Below are positions 26,433 through 36,047 of a stretch of 64,000 nt of DNA, in pieces. Location of the stretch: positions 13,237 through 77,236 of the forward strand of contig JAITHA010000052.1 of NCBI GenBank assembly GCA_031280235.1, read 5' to 3'. Under the pieces are notes generated by a model, which was given only the letters and a program-made list of their open reading frames with translations, did not search any database and had not been told where the DNA came from. Every line of letters starts with the position of its first letter. Positions within the stretch are counted from its first letter, which is position 1. Origin of the DNA: Puniceicoccales bacterium. Lineage in GTDB: Bacteria > Verrucomicrobiota > Verrucomicrobiia > Opitutales > UBA953. The translations under genes were made by a program, and so were the position numbers.

Positions 26433-28589
26433 ATGAGACAAATACTTCAAAATCTAGGCTCTGGGGAGACTATCTTGGCAGAAGTGCCGGCGCCCGGCGT
26501 TCGCTCGGGCTGTTTGCTCGTCGAAACAGAGTTCTCTCTTGTCTCACTTGGGACGGAAAAAATGCTGGTGGATTTCGCTCGTTCTGGCTGGCTGACCAAA
26601 GCAAGCAAACAACCGGAAAAAGTCAAACAGGTACTCCAGAAGGTAAAAACCGATGGTCTTTTTCCGACTTTGGAGGCCGTGCGAACAAAACTTGATGAAC
26701 CGATTGCGCTTGGTTATTGCAATGCTGGACGCGTTGTCGCCGTCGGAGCTGGTGTGCAAGGCTATAATGTGGGCGACCGCGTGGCGTCTAATGGCCCTCA
26801 CGCCGAGCTTGTTTGTGTGCCTGAAAATCTTTGTGCGAAGATCCCCGAAACGGTCACTTCCAGCGATGCCGCTTTCACTATTCTTGCTTCGATCGCATTG
26901 CAGGGGATTCGCTTGTTAAATCCTACTTTAAGTGAGCGCATTGCAGTGACAGGCCTAGGGCTTATCGGGCTTGTCGCTGTGCAGTTATTACAAGCCAATG
27001 GATGTCGTGTTTTGGGCATTGATATTGACCCGGAAAAATGTGCTTTGGCCCGCGAATTTGGCGCTGAAACAGTCAATCTTTCTGTGGGTGAAGATCCGCT
27101 TGCTATTGCAAAAGAATGGACGAAAGGGCAGGGTGTCGATGGCGTGCTTATTACGGCCTCCACGCCGAGCAGCGAACCTGTTTCCCAGGCGGCGCGCATG
27201 TGCCGGAAGCGCGGACGCATTGTTTTGGTCGGTGTGGCAGGCCTAGCACTAAAGCGTGCTGAATTCTACGAGAAAGAGCTCTCTTTTCAGGTCTCCTGCT
27301 CCTACGGGCCCGGACGCTATGATGATGTTTATGAACAAGAAGGGAATGACTATCCGCTCGGTTTCGTACGCTGGACAGAGCAACGTAATTTCACCGCAAT
27401 ACTGGATTTGCTTGCTGCGCAAAAGCTTAATCTGTCGCGTCTTATTTCTCATCGTTTTGATTTCGATAAATCTCTGGAGGCTTATTCGGTTGTCGCTACC
27501 GGGAAGGCGATGGGGATTCTCTTGGCGTACGCTTCTACGGGTGAAGCGAAGTTTAGTCGCACCAAGATGCTTTTCTCGAAAGCTGAAGCTCGCAGCGAAA
27601 ATGGTGTGTGCCCAGTAGTTGTTGGTTTCCTAGGAGCAGGGAATTTCACTGGGCGCATTCTTTTGCCAACCCTGCATAAGTTGCCTGTCCATCTACACAC
27701 TATTGTCTCGAACGGTGGGGTGGCCGGCACGCATCTTGCAAAGAAATTTGGATTTCTGGCGTCGAGTACCGACCCGGAATCTGTTTTGTCCGAGGAGGCT
27801 ATAAACCTTGTTTTTGTGACGACGCGCCACAATGCCCATGCTCGACAGGTGATCGCTGCGCTTGGGGCAGGGAAACACGTTTTTGTAGAAAAGCCACTCT
27901 GTCTGACTTTAGATGAATTAAAAGAGATTCAGGCTGTTGCAGAGGCAAGGCCGAAGCAATTATTGATGCTCGGTTTTAACCGCCGTTTTTCACCGCATAT
28001 ACAAACTCTTAAACGCGAACTCACTGCAATGCGCGGCCCTAAAAGTTTTGTTTTTACGGCCAATGCCGGGGCGATTCCAGAAAGCCATTGGACGCAGAAC
28101 TTGATGCTTGGTGGCGGGCGGATTGTGGGCGAGGCCTGCCACTATTTGGATTTGTTGCGACATCTCGTTGGCGCCCCCGTTGCGAAGGCCTCCATTCATT
28201 ATCTGGGTGGCGAAGAAGGGCGGACGCGCGACACAGCCACAATCCAACTTATGTTTTGCGACGGCTCCATCGGCACCGTTCATTATTTTGCCAACGGAGA
28301 CAAGGGTTTTCCCAAAGAAACACTGCAAGTTTTTGCCGCAGGAAAAATATTCACTGTGGATAATTTTCGGAAAACTTTGGGCTTTGGGACGCGCAAGCAC
28401 AAACTTTGCAGCGGATGGCAACAGGATAAAGGGCACGCCGCCGAACTTGTTGCCCTGATGGAAGCGGTCGCGACAGGAAACCCCTCACCTGTGCCTCTTG
28501 ATGAGATTATAGAGATCAGTCGATTGTCTATTTTACTCGCTGGTGGCACTGGCAATGAAAGAAATGTAGACTGTGATGCTGAGAAATAA
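26433..28589 (+). CDS. Bi-domain oxidoreductase: zinc-type alcohol dehydrogenase-like domain fused to Gfo/Idh/MocA domain
   Basis: The N-terminal MDR/ADH-like part has a Rossmann VTGLGLIGLVAVQLL motif. The C-terminal part has VGFLGAGNFTGR...VFVEKPLCLTLDEL, typical of Gfo/Idh/MocA. The start was set at ATG 26433. Confidence 0.75.
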   Translation: MRQILQNLGSGETILAEVPAPGVRSGCLLVETEFSLVSLGTEKMLVDFARSGWLTKASKQPEKVKQVLQKVKTDGLFPTLEAVRTKLDEPIALGYCNAGRVVAVGAGVQGYNVGDRVASNGPHAELVCVPENLCAKIPETVTSSDAAFTILASIALQGIRLLNPTLSERIAVTGLGLIGLVAVQLLQANGCRVLGIDIDPEKCALAREFGAETVNLSVGEDPLAIAKEWTKGQGVDGVLITASTPSSEPVSQAARMCRKRGRIVLVGVAGLALKRAEFYEKELSFQVSCSYGPGRYDDVYEQEGNDYPLGFVRWTEQRNFTAILDLLAAQKLNLSRLISHRFDFDKSLEAYSVVATGKAMGILLAYASTGEAKFSRTKMLFSKAEARSENGVCPVVVGFLGAGNFTGRILLPTLHKLPVHLHTIVSNGGVAGTHLAKKFGFLASSTDPESVLSEEAINLVFVTTRHNAHARQVIAALGAGKHVFVEKPLCLTLDELKEIQAVAEARPKQLLMLGFNRRFSPHIQTLKRELTAMRGPKSFVFTANAGAIPESHWTQNLMLGGGRIVGEACHYLDLLRHLVGAPVAKASIHYLGGEEGRTRDTATIQLMFCDGSIGTVHYFANGDKGFPKETLQVFAAGKIFTVDNFRKTLGFGTRKHKLCSGWQQDKGHAAELVALMEAVATGNPSPVPLDEIIEISRLSILLAGGTGNERNVDCDAEK

Positions 28590-29697
28590 GAACAACGGAG
28601 CACAAGTGCCCGCCTGGGATGAGAACATCGCCACATTGCGTGCTTTCGCGATGATGCATGTTTTGGTTGTGCACAGCTTGTTTTGGCCAGTGCATCCTGA
28701 ACTTTATTCGGATGCATCGATTTTCCGAGCGCTTTTTCTCTTCGAAATGCCCTTGTTCTTTTTTCTGACCGGTGCGTGCAACAAGTCTGGGAAACGTGGT
28801 ATTCTCAATTTTTATTTTTCTCGTTTTCAACGTATTGTGCCTGCCTATCTCGTGTATTGTCTTTTAGGCGCGGCCCTTACCTTCGCCACGGGGAAAGGAC
28901 TGCGGCAAGGGTTTAGCGACATTTTTTATCTTTTTTCCGTATTTCCGCCGCCTGGGGCGCCCGTCACGCACTTGCCGTATTTGACTCGGGCGCTTTGGTT
29001 TGTCCCTGTTTATTTATCCATTGTTCTTATTTTGCCGCTTCTTCAAAGGATCCATCATTCTTGCCGCCAGCCCTACGCCTGCATTCCCTTTGTTGGCTGT
29101 GCGCTCATTCTTTTCGCTCTGGTATTTTTCTCGTTCCCGGGAAACCCCAGAACTGGAAATATTTTATCCTATGTCATTTTTTATTCTTTTTGGGCCTATC
29201 TTGGATTCTATTACGACAGATTGGATCTACGCGCTGCAGTGAAGACGAAGATCAAGGTGATCCCTCTCATCATCGTTTGTTTTTCCATAACAGGTGTTTT
29301 TGTTTATGGAAATAAAAACTTTTCGGATATGCAGGCCAATAAATTTCCGCCAAATTTTGTTTTTCTGGCCTATTCACTCGGAGTAATGGGTTTACTGTAT
29401 CTTTTTTATTCAACACTTCATCGTTTCCTGGCCTTTTGTCGATGTCTTCCTGCTTTTGCTTGGATATTCACGCAATATTCCACGCACACATACACGATTT
29501 TTCTGTATCACCCTCTGTGTTTTCTGGCCATAAAATTTTTATCAGAATGGCTTGCTCTATGGGATAAACTTTGTGCCCATCCGTTTCTTTGTATTTCTGT
29601 CCATGCAGTGCTGGCGATTCCTCTCGGTGCGATTTTAGGGCGTTTTCTTTCGTGGCCTGAGCGCATTAAGTTTTTCCCTGTAATTGGGAAGTCGTGA
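28573..29697 (+). CDS. Acyltransferase family 3 (AT3) membrane protein
   Basis: IATLRAFAMMHVLVVHS...EMPLFFFLTGA. 374-aa multi-pass protein. Overlaps the upstream gene by 17 nt. Confidence 0.65.
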   Translation: MMLRNKNNGAQVPAWDENIATLRAFAMMHVLVVHSLFWPVHPELYSDASIFRALFLFEMPLFFFLTGACNKSGKRGILNFYFSRFQRIVPAYLVYCLLGAALTFATGKGLRQGFSDIFYLFSVFPPPGAPVTHLPYLTRALWFVPVYLSIVLILPLLQRIHHSCRQPYACIPFVGCALILFALVFFSFPGNPRTGNILSYVIFYSFWAYLGFYYDRLDLRAAVKTKIKVIPLIIVCFSITGVFVYGNKNFSDMQANKFPPNFVFLAYSLGVMGLLYLFYSTLHRFLAFCRCLPAFAWIFTQYSTHTYTIFLYHPLCFLAIKFLSEWLALWDKLCAHPFLCISVHAVLAIPLGAILGRFLSWPERIKFFPVIGKS

Positions 29698-29737
29698 ATT
29701 GCCCAGCCGCAATAAATTTGACAATACTTCCTACTCT

Positions 29738-30913
29738 ATGGATAAAAAAGAAATCGTTGTTGTGGCCGGTACAAGGCCGGAATGCATCAAAATGGCCCCA
29801 GTCTATTTTGCACTAAAAGAATCGAGGTTATTATATCCCGTTTTTCTTTCCACGGCGCAACACCGGCAGATGCTTGATCAGGCGCTTGCCGTTTGGGGGA
29901 TAACGCCGGAATATGACCTGAATCTTATGCGCCCAGGGCAAACTCTCCCCGATCTTACCGCGAGTGTTCTCAAGGAAGTCAGCGCCTTTCTCTCCGAGAG
30001 AAAACCTGCTGCCGTATTGGTGCAAGGCGACACAACAACAGTGCTCGCTTCCGCTCTGGCAGCATTTTATGAGCAAGTGCCCATTGGCCATATTGAGGCG
30101 GGACTTCGCACGGGTGACATGCGCGCACCGTTTCCCGAAGAAATGAATCGTCGGTTGACAAGCCCGCTCGCACGCTGGCATTTCTGTCCGACAAGCTGGA
30201 GCCGAGAAAATCTTCTGCGCGAGGGTATCGCGGAGAATGTCTGCCATGTCACCGGAAACACGGTCATTGACGCCCTTCTACGCGTTCGCAACCAATTGTC
30301 TTTCAGTAAAAGGTGCATTGAAAACGTTTTGGAGCGTTGCCAAATCCCTGAGCGATTTGCCAGGCGATTTCTGTTTCCTGAGGAAAGTTCCCCTCAGCGC
30401 TGGATCCTTGTCACAGGACATCGCCGCGAATCCTTTGGCAGTGGATTTGGGGCGATTTGCCAGGCTCTTTTACGGCTCGTGGAAGGTGATGAAAATCTTG
30501 GCATTTTGTATCCCGTTCATCTTAACCCGCAGGTGCAGGAGCCCGTCCGGCGCATTCTTGGCAATCACGCTCGAGTAGCGTTGATTCCGCCGGTGGATTA
30601 TTCCGATTTTATTTGGCTCATGAACAAATGCTATTTTGTATTGAGTGATTCGGGAGGGATTCAGGAGGAGGCTCCTGCCCTTGGAAAGCCTGTCCTCGTC
30701 ATGCGCGAGACGACGGAACGCCCCGAGGGCGTTCAGGCTGGCACTTGCCGCCTTGTGGGAACGGACGTCAAAAAAATACTTCAAGAGGCGCAGATTTTGC
30801 TTGAAGACCGCGCGGAATACGACCGACGGAGCCAGCTAAAAAATCCGTATGGTGAGGGTGATGCCGCACTAAAAATCCGCTCCATTCTCGAAAATGCGTT
30901 GGTTCGAAAATAA
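29738..30913 (+). CDS. wecB: UDP-N-acetylglucosamine 2-epimerase (non-hydrolysing)
   Basis: VVAGTRPECIKMAPV, GHIEAGLRT, TGNTVIDAL and SDSGGIQEEAPALGKPVLVMRETTERPEG. Confidence 0.85.
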   Translation: MDKKEIVVVAGTRPECIKMAPVYFALKESRLLYPVFLSTAQHRQMLDQALAVWGITPEYDLNLMRPGQTLPDLTASVLKEVSAFLSERKPAAVLVQGDTTTVLASALAAFYEQVPIGHIEAGLRTGDMRAPFPEEMNRRLTSPLARWHFCPTSWSRENLLREGIAENVCHVTGNTVIDALLRVRNQLSFSKRCIENVLERCQIPERFARRFLFPEESSPQRWILVTGHRRESFGSGFGAICQALLRLVEGDENLGILYPVHLNPQVQEPVRRILGNHARVALIPPVDYSDFIWLMNKCYFVLSDSGGIQEEAPALGKPVLVMRETTERPEGVQAGTCRLVGTDVKKILQEAQILLEDRAEYDRRSQLKNPYGEGDAALKIRSILENALVRK

Positions 30914-31000
30914 ATCAAAAAATCTTCTTGCAAGCGCGGCCCTGCCTATGGCATGAGGGTGCACATTTTCTTTTCTCACTAACACAGCCACTTTTTTCAT

Positions 31001-32584
31001 ATGTACCACGAAGGAAATAGCAAAAACGTTATTATCGTCGGCGCTGGCCCTGCAGGGCTTACGGCGGCTTATCGGCTGCTCAAGGCGCGCCCTGAAACGC
31101 GAGTTTTGCTTTTCGAAGAGACAGCCCTGACGGGCGGCATCTCAACGACGATTGAGCACAATGGGAATCGGATCGACATCGGCGGGCACCGTTTCTTTTC
31201 GAAGAGTCCTCTGGTCAATGCGCTTTGGCGTGAGCTGTTGCCTACCCAAGGTGCCCCGTCCAAGGACGACGCCATCCTCGGTACCGAAAAGAGTTTTTTG
31301 CAAGGTGGGCCAGACCCCGAAAAGACGGATATTGTCATGCTCATTCGCGAACGTGTTTCGCGCATTTTTTACCGGCGGCGCTTTTTCGATTACCCGATTT
31401 CCATCTCCACCGCGACCTTTATCAACATGGGTTTGCTGAACACGGTGGTCGCCGGCTTCAGCTATCTTTATTCGTCGGTGTTCAAGCGCGACGAGAAGTC
31501 TCTGGAAGATTTTTACATCAACCGTTTTGGGAAAAAACTCTACAAGCTGTTTTTTGAACACTATACGGAAAAAGTCTGGGGAGTGCACCCGTCGGCGCTC
31601 TCTGCGTCGTGGGGTGCGCAGCGCGTCAAAACGCTTTCTCTTGTGACAATCGCCAAGGAGATGTTGTTAAAGTTTCTCAGTCCATCGTATCAAAGCAAAC
31701 AAACATCACTCATCGAGCGTTTTCATTACCCCAAGCTTGGTCCTGGGCAACTGTGGGCAGTCATGGCGCAGAAGGTGGCTGAAATGGCAGAGAAATCAGG
31801 TGGCGGGATTTTCTATAACGCTGCCGTTACGGGATTAAGTATTTCAGATGGGCGCGTGACGGAAGTCGAAGTAAAATCGAATGGTGCAAGCCAAAAATAT
31901 CCAGTGGAATTTTTGTTTTCTACGATGCCGGTGAAAGATTTGGTTTGTGCGATGGGCAGCAATGTTCCAGAAAAAATTGGCCAAGTCGCCGCGAATCTGC
32001 CCTATCGTGATTTTATCACAGTCGGCTTGTTGGTAAAAAAACTGAGACTGAAAAACAAGACGAACATAAAAACGGTTGGCAACATCGTCCCCGATTGCTG
32101 GATTTATATACAAGAGCGTGATGTTAAAATTGGGCGCTTGCAGATCTTTAATAATTGGTCGCCCTACATGGTCAAAGATTTTCAGAACACTGTCTGGATC
32201 GGTTTAGAGTATTTTTGCAATGAAGGCGATGACCTCTGGGGGATGGACCGCGAGAAGTTTATTAGCTTTGCGATAGATGAGCTGGTGAAGATCGATATTA
32301 TTGAGAGGGGCGATGTGCTGGATGCCAACCAAGTCAAGGTGAAGAAAGCATATCCAGCATATTTTGGTGCGTATGACGATTTTCCTGTTGTGCGTGAATA
32401 TCTCGATGGTGTGGGGAATTTATTTTGTATTGGGCGCAATGGACAGCATAAGTACAATAACATGGACCACTCGATGCTTACGGCTGTGAAAGCGGTTGAA
32501 GTGATGCTGGGGGGCGAAGGAGGCAAGAGCGCCATCTGGGATGTCAATACTGAGGAAGAATACCACGAATCGCAGAATAAATAA
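31001..32584 (+). CDS. NAD(P)/FAD-dependent oxidoreductase (UDP-galactopyranose-mutase / amine-oxidase-like)
   Basis: VIIVGAGPAGLTAAYRLL...GGISTT...IDIGGHRFF. 527 aa. Immediately upstream of a GtrA-domain gene. Confidence 0.6.
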   Translation: MYHEGNSKNVIIVGAGPAGLTAAYRLLKARPETRVLLFEETALTGGISTTIEHNGNRIDIGGHRFFSKSPLVNALWRELLPTQGAPSKDDAILGTEKSFLQGGPDPEKTDIVMLIRERVSRIFYRRRFFDYPISISTATFINMGLLNTVVAGFSYLYSSVFKRDEKSLEDFYINRFGKKLYKLFFEHYTEKVWGVHPSALSASWGAQRVKTLSLVTIAKEMLLKFLSPSYQSKQTSLIERFHYPKLGPGQLWAVMAQKVAEMAEKSGGGIFYNAAVTGLSISDGRVTEVEVKSNGASQKYPVEFLFSTMPVKDLVCAMGSNVPEKIGQVAANLPYRDFITVGLLVKKLRLKNKTNIKTVGNIVPDCWIYIQERDVKIGRLQIFNNWSPYMVKDFQNTVWIGLEYFCNEGDDLWGMDREKFISFAIDELVKIDIIERGDVLDANQVKVKKAYPAYFGAYDDFPVVREYLDGVGNLFCIGRNGQHKYNNMDHSMLTAVKAVEVMLGGEGGKSAIWDVNTEEEYHESQNK

Positions 32585-32605
32585 GTTGATGACAGGGGAG
32601 TTTAC

Positions 32606-34720
32606 ATGAAAGAAAAGCTACAAATTTTTTTAATTGCCAAGACTCAGCAGACGCATCTCCAATTTATTCGGTATATTGGAGTGGGTGGCGTCGCTGCCGT
32701 GGTCAACATTGGGCTGCTCGTCATTTTGGGGGAAATGTTAGCCCTGAATTATTTGCTTGCCAATGTGTTTGGTTTCATCGGTGGCTTGACGGCTAATTAT
32801 CTCCTGAGCCGTATCTTTGTTTTTACCCAAGAAGGCGTTCAGGATAGGACTTTTGAGTTTACCTTTTATGCCCTAATTGGCGTCTTGGGCCTCTTGTTGG
32901 ATACGGTTTTACTATGGGTCGGGACGGGGCTCCTGACGTTTTATTTTGGGGAAGAGCCTTTTCTGGGGATCAAAGCTTATTTGTATGCGAAGATTTTTTC
33001 TACGGCCTGCGTGTTCGTTTGGAATTTTGGTGCACGCAAAGCCTTGTATGCATCGCGGCGTTTGAATGCTTTTCGCCTTCCAGCGTTTTCAGGCGGGCTT
33101 TGGTTCCTGTTCCCAGTACTCATCCTTATCCATTTCGCATCCAAGGATTTACTTGCATGGAAGAATGACTACTGGCCGACTTCGTCGATTATAAAGTTCG
33201 TCAATAGCTGGCTAGATGAAGGCGTTCTAAATTCACGTTTTGGGCTTTATGAGATTCCTGCTTCAATAGAGTATGCCAATTTCGCGGAACGCGAGGCTTA
33301 CATGTCCTATCCGCCTGGCTCGACTATTCTTGCGTGGCTTTATGCGAAGGTGACAGGAATCGCGGAAATGACATTTGATGATTCACGACAATATTCCTTG
33401 TCTTTGTTGCTTGGAGAGTTTCTTCTTGCTGGGGCAATTTTCTATTTTATTCTCCTTCATTTTTTCAAGGTTAGACGCCAGCATTGGCTTGTGGCCACGT
33501 CGACAGCATTAGCGTCTTGTTGGATGTTTCTCCCAAGTTGTATCTTCCAGCTACGTAATGCTTGTTTTGCTGACTGTGTCGTCACTTTATTTGTCTTTGC
33601 GTTTATCTTGCTTGAGATTACGAGGGATTATTTTAGCGAGCGTTATCCATTGTTGAAATATCCGTGGCTGTTCTTGTTGTTTTTCGTTGGCCTTTGCGGT
33701 GCGTTTGTGGATTATTATATTTTCTTTGTGCTATTTGTTGCGTGGCTCACCCGTGTGGTTCCCCTTTTGCGCGAAGGGTTTAGCCGTGAGAATTTCGGTA
33801 ATTTTTTGCGAGTTTCGGCGCCCTATGTTGGAGCGGTTGTTGTTAGTCTTGCGCTATTTGTACTTTGGGTTATTCTTGTTCCCGGCGGCGGTTTTCAATC
33901 GGTACTGGAAAGAATGAAATTGCGTATAGCGCCTAAACAGCATGGGAAAGTCATGTTGTTTTATGTCGGTTGGCAGTTTCTGCTTTGCCACACTGTTTTG
34001 GGTTTTATAGTGTTGGTCTTCCCCTTCTTCCCGATATGTTTTTGCCTCTGGAAAAAGTGGCGTTCGGGTTTGCGTTTGGATGAAAATATAGGCGCCTTTC
34101 TTAGGTTTATTCCATTAATTTATGTTGCTCCCATCTTGCAGGTAATTGCCCTGCAGGAGCATTCAGGGACGCATGAGGTTAGTGTGCTGAAATTTGCCTT
34201 TCCCATAGTCCTTTCCATATTACTTACGAATGTTTTTCTTTCGGATTTTCTTGTTAAGAAATTCCGATGCTTCGAGACTTGGGGGCGTATCCCTGTGATG
34301 TGTGTAGGTACGATTGTCGGTTCATTCTCATGTGTTCTTCTGATTAACGGGCTAAGTGTTTGGAATGGTTATTATGAGCGGCGCGATGTACAGCTTTCGA
34401 ACTATGAACTCGCGGGCTTGATTAAACAGCATTATCGCTTCGAGGATGTTTATTTTTCGCACACATATTCGATCCCTTTTAATCCCCCAATGCAGCTTGC
34501 TCTCTCGAAGAAGCTTGTTTATAAGGTGAAGAATCTTGGAGAAATCAAGCAACATTTTCCTGCCTTGAAAAAGGAAGCGCGGGTATTGCTTGTTGTGGAG
34601 AAGGATGATTCCAAGAAATCCCCCGAAGTATTACAGGCTGAAAACATTTCGCTCAAGGAAGCTAGCGAATGTTTTTCGAGTGAGAATTATGTTGTTTATC
34701 ACTACACAGGAAAGAGGTAG
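32606..34720 (+). CDS. GtrA-family domain fused to a large polytopic (GT-C-like) membrane domain
   Basis: Residues about 15-150 (FIRYIGVGGVAAVVNIGLL...VWNFGARKALY) form a 4-TM GtrA-like module. Then follow about 550 aa with many TM helices, an acidic first loop (KDLLAWKNDYW...YMSYPPGSTILAWLY) and a soluble C-terminal tail. Confidence 0.6.
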   Translation: MKEKLQIFLIAKTQQTHLQFIRYIGVGGVAAVVNIGLLVILGEMLALNYLLANVFGFIGGLTANYLLSRIFVFTQEGVQDRTFEFTFYALIGVLGLLLDTVLLWVGTGLLTFYFGEEPFLGIKAYLYAKIFSTACVFVWNFGARKALYASRRLNAFRLPAFSGGLWFLFPVLILIHFASKDLLAWKNDYWPTSSIIKFVNSWLDEGVLNSRFGLYEIPASIEYANFAEREAYMSYPPGSTILAWLYAKVTGIAEMTFDDSRQYSLSLLLGEFLLAGAIFYFILLHFFKVRRQHWLVATSTALASCWMFLPSCIFQLRNACFADCVVTLFVFAFILLEITRDYFSERYPLLKYPWLFLLFFVGLCGAFVDYYIFFVLFVAWLTRVVPLLREGFSRENFGNFLRVSAPYVGAVVVSLALFVLWVILVPGGGFQSVLERMKLRIAPKQHGKVMLFYVGWQFLLCHTVLGFIVLVFPFFPICFCLWKKWRSGLRLDENIGAFLRFIPLIYVAPILQVIALQEHSGTHEVSVLKFAFPIVLSILLTNVFLSDFLVKKFRCFETWGRIPVMCVGTIVGSFSCVLLINGLSVWNGYYERRDVQLSNYELAGLIKQHYRFEDVYFSHTYSIPFNPPMQLALSKKLVYKVKNLGEIKQHFPALKKEARVLLVVEKDDSKKSPEVLQAENISLKEASECFSSENYVVYHYTGKR

Positions 34721-34781
34721 GAGGCCGCAGCCGCCAAATTAGTCGTCTGGAGCCCTGCATTTTCCAATAACTCGTATTCAT

Positions 34782-36026
34782 ATGAAAAACCACGATATCT
34801 GTGTTCTTGGCCTAGGCTATATTGGCCTGCCAACGTGTTCCATTTTTGCCACGAAGGGCAAGCGCGTCCTTGGCGTGGATGTCTTGCAGCAAGTGGTGGA
34901 TACCATCAACGGAGGCGGTATTCACATTGAGGAGCCGGATCTGGACATACTTGTCAAGGCAGCAGTGCAGAGTGGGAATTTGCGCGCGGCCACCAAGCCT
35001 CAGTCAGCTGGAACTTTTATCATTGCTGTGCCGACGCCCTTCATTGTGTGTGAAGGCAAGAGCAAGAAACCGGATCTTTCTTTTGTGGAAATGGCGACGC
35101 GCAGTCTTGCTCCTGTTGTCGAGGCGGGGGATCTTGTCATTCTCGAATCGACGAGCCCGGTTGGCACTACGGAGCGTGTGCGTGAATGGCTTGGGGATGA
35201 AATAAAGAAAACGGGCCGAGATGTTTCTCTGGACAGTCTTTTCTTTGCACATTGCCCGGAGCGTATTTTGCCCGGCCAGATGTTAAAGGAATTGGTGAGC
35301 AACGACCGTATTTCCGGAGGTTTCACGCCTGAGGCTGCGTGCCGTGCGAAGGTGCTTTATCAAACTTTTTGCACGGCGGAAATTTTTCTTACGGATGCAC
35401 GCACGGCGGAGATGGCCAAACTTACCGAGAACGCGTTTCGTGATGTGAATATTGCCTTTGCCAATGAATTGTCGCTCATCTGCGAGCGCATCGGTGTGGA
35501 TGTTTGGGAGTTGATTCGTCTGGCGAATCGGCATCCGCGTGTGAAGATTTTACAGCCTGGGCCGGGCGTGGGCGGGCATTGTATAGCTGTTGACCCATGG
35601 TTTATCGTGGATGCTGCGCCAGAGGAAGCACGCCTTGTGCGCACTGCGCGCGAAGTGAACGATGGGAAGCCGCATCACGTTGTTGATCAAGTAAAAGCAT
35701 TAGCGAAGGCTTTGGGCGGCGAGCCTACGATTGCGTGTTTTGGCCTTGCGTTCAAACCGGATGTGGACGACATTCGGGAGAGCCCGGCGGTGGAAGTCGT
35801 GAATGCATTGGCGCAATGCGGGAACTTAAAAATTCTCGCAGTTGAACCTCATGTACGTGCGCTCCCGAAGCGTCTGCACGGCAAGGTTTCCTTGGTATCT
35901 GGCGACGAAGCGATTGCTGCTGCGGATATCTTAGTGTTATTGGTTGACCACAAAGTTTTCAAGGCAATACCGGTTGCCAAGCTTGCTGGAAAACGCATTG
36001 TGGATACGCGCGGCATCTGGCGTTAA
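34782..36026 (+). CDS. wecC: UDP-N-acetyl-D-mannosamine dehydrogenase (UDP-glucose/GDP-mannose dehydrogenase family)
   Basis: ICVLGLGYIGLPT, the catalytic-Cys region PGPGVGGHCIAVDP, and a wecB gene in the same locus. Confidence 0.75.
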   Translation: MKNHDICVLGLGYIGLPTCSIFATKGKRVLGVDVLQQVVDTINGGGIHIEEPDLDILVKAAVQSGNLRAATKPQSAGTFIIAVPTPFIVCEGKSKKPDLSFVEMATRSLAPVVEAGDLVILESTSPVGTTERVREWLGDEIKKTGRDVSLDSLFFAHCPERILPGQMLKELVSNDRISGGFTPEAACRAKVLYQTFCTAEIFLTDARTAEMAKLTENAFRDVNIAFANELSLICERIGVDVWELIRLANRHPRVKILQPGPGVGGHCIAVDPWFIVDAAPEEARLVRTAREVNDGKPHHVVDQVKALAKALGGEPTIACFGLAFKPDVDDIRESPAVEVVNALAQCGNLKILAVEPHVRALPKRLHGKVSLVSGDEAIAAADILVLLVDHKVFKAIPVAKLAGKRIVDTRGIWR

Positions 36027-36047
36027 CCCTTATATTTTTCATTTCAC

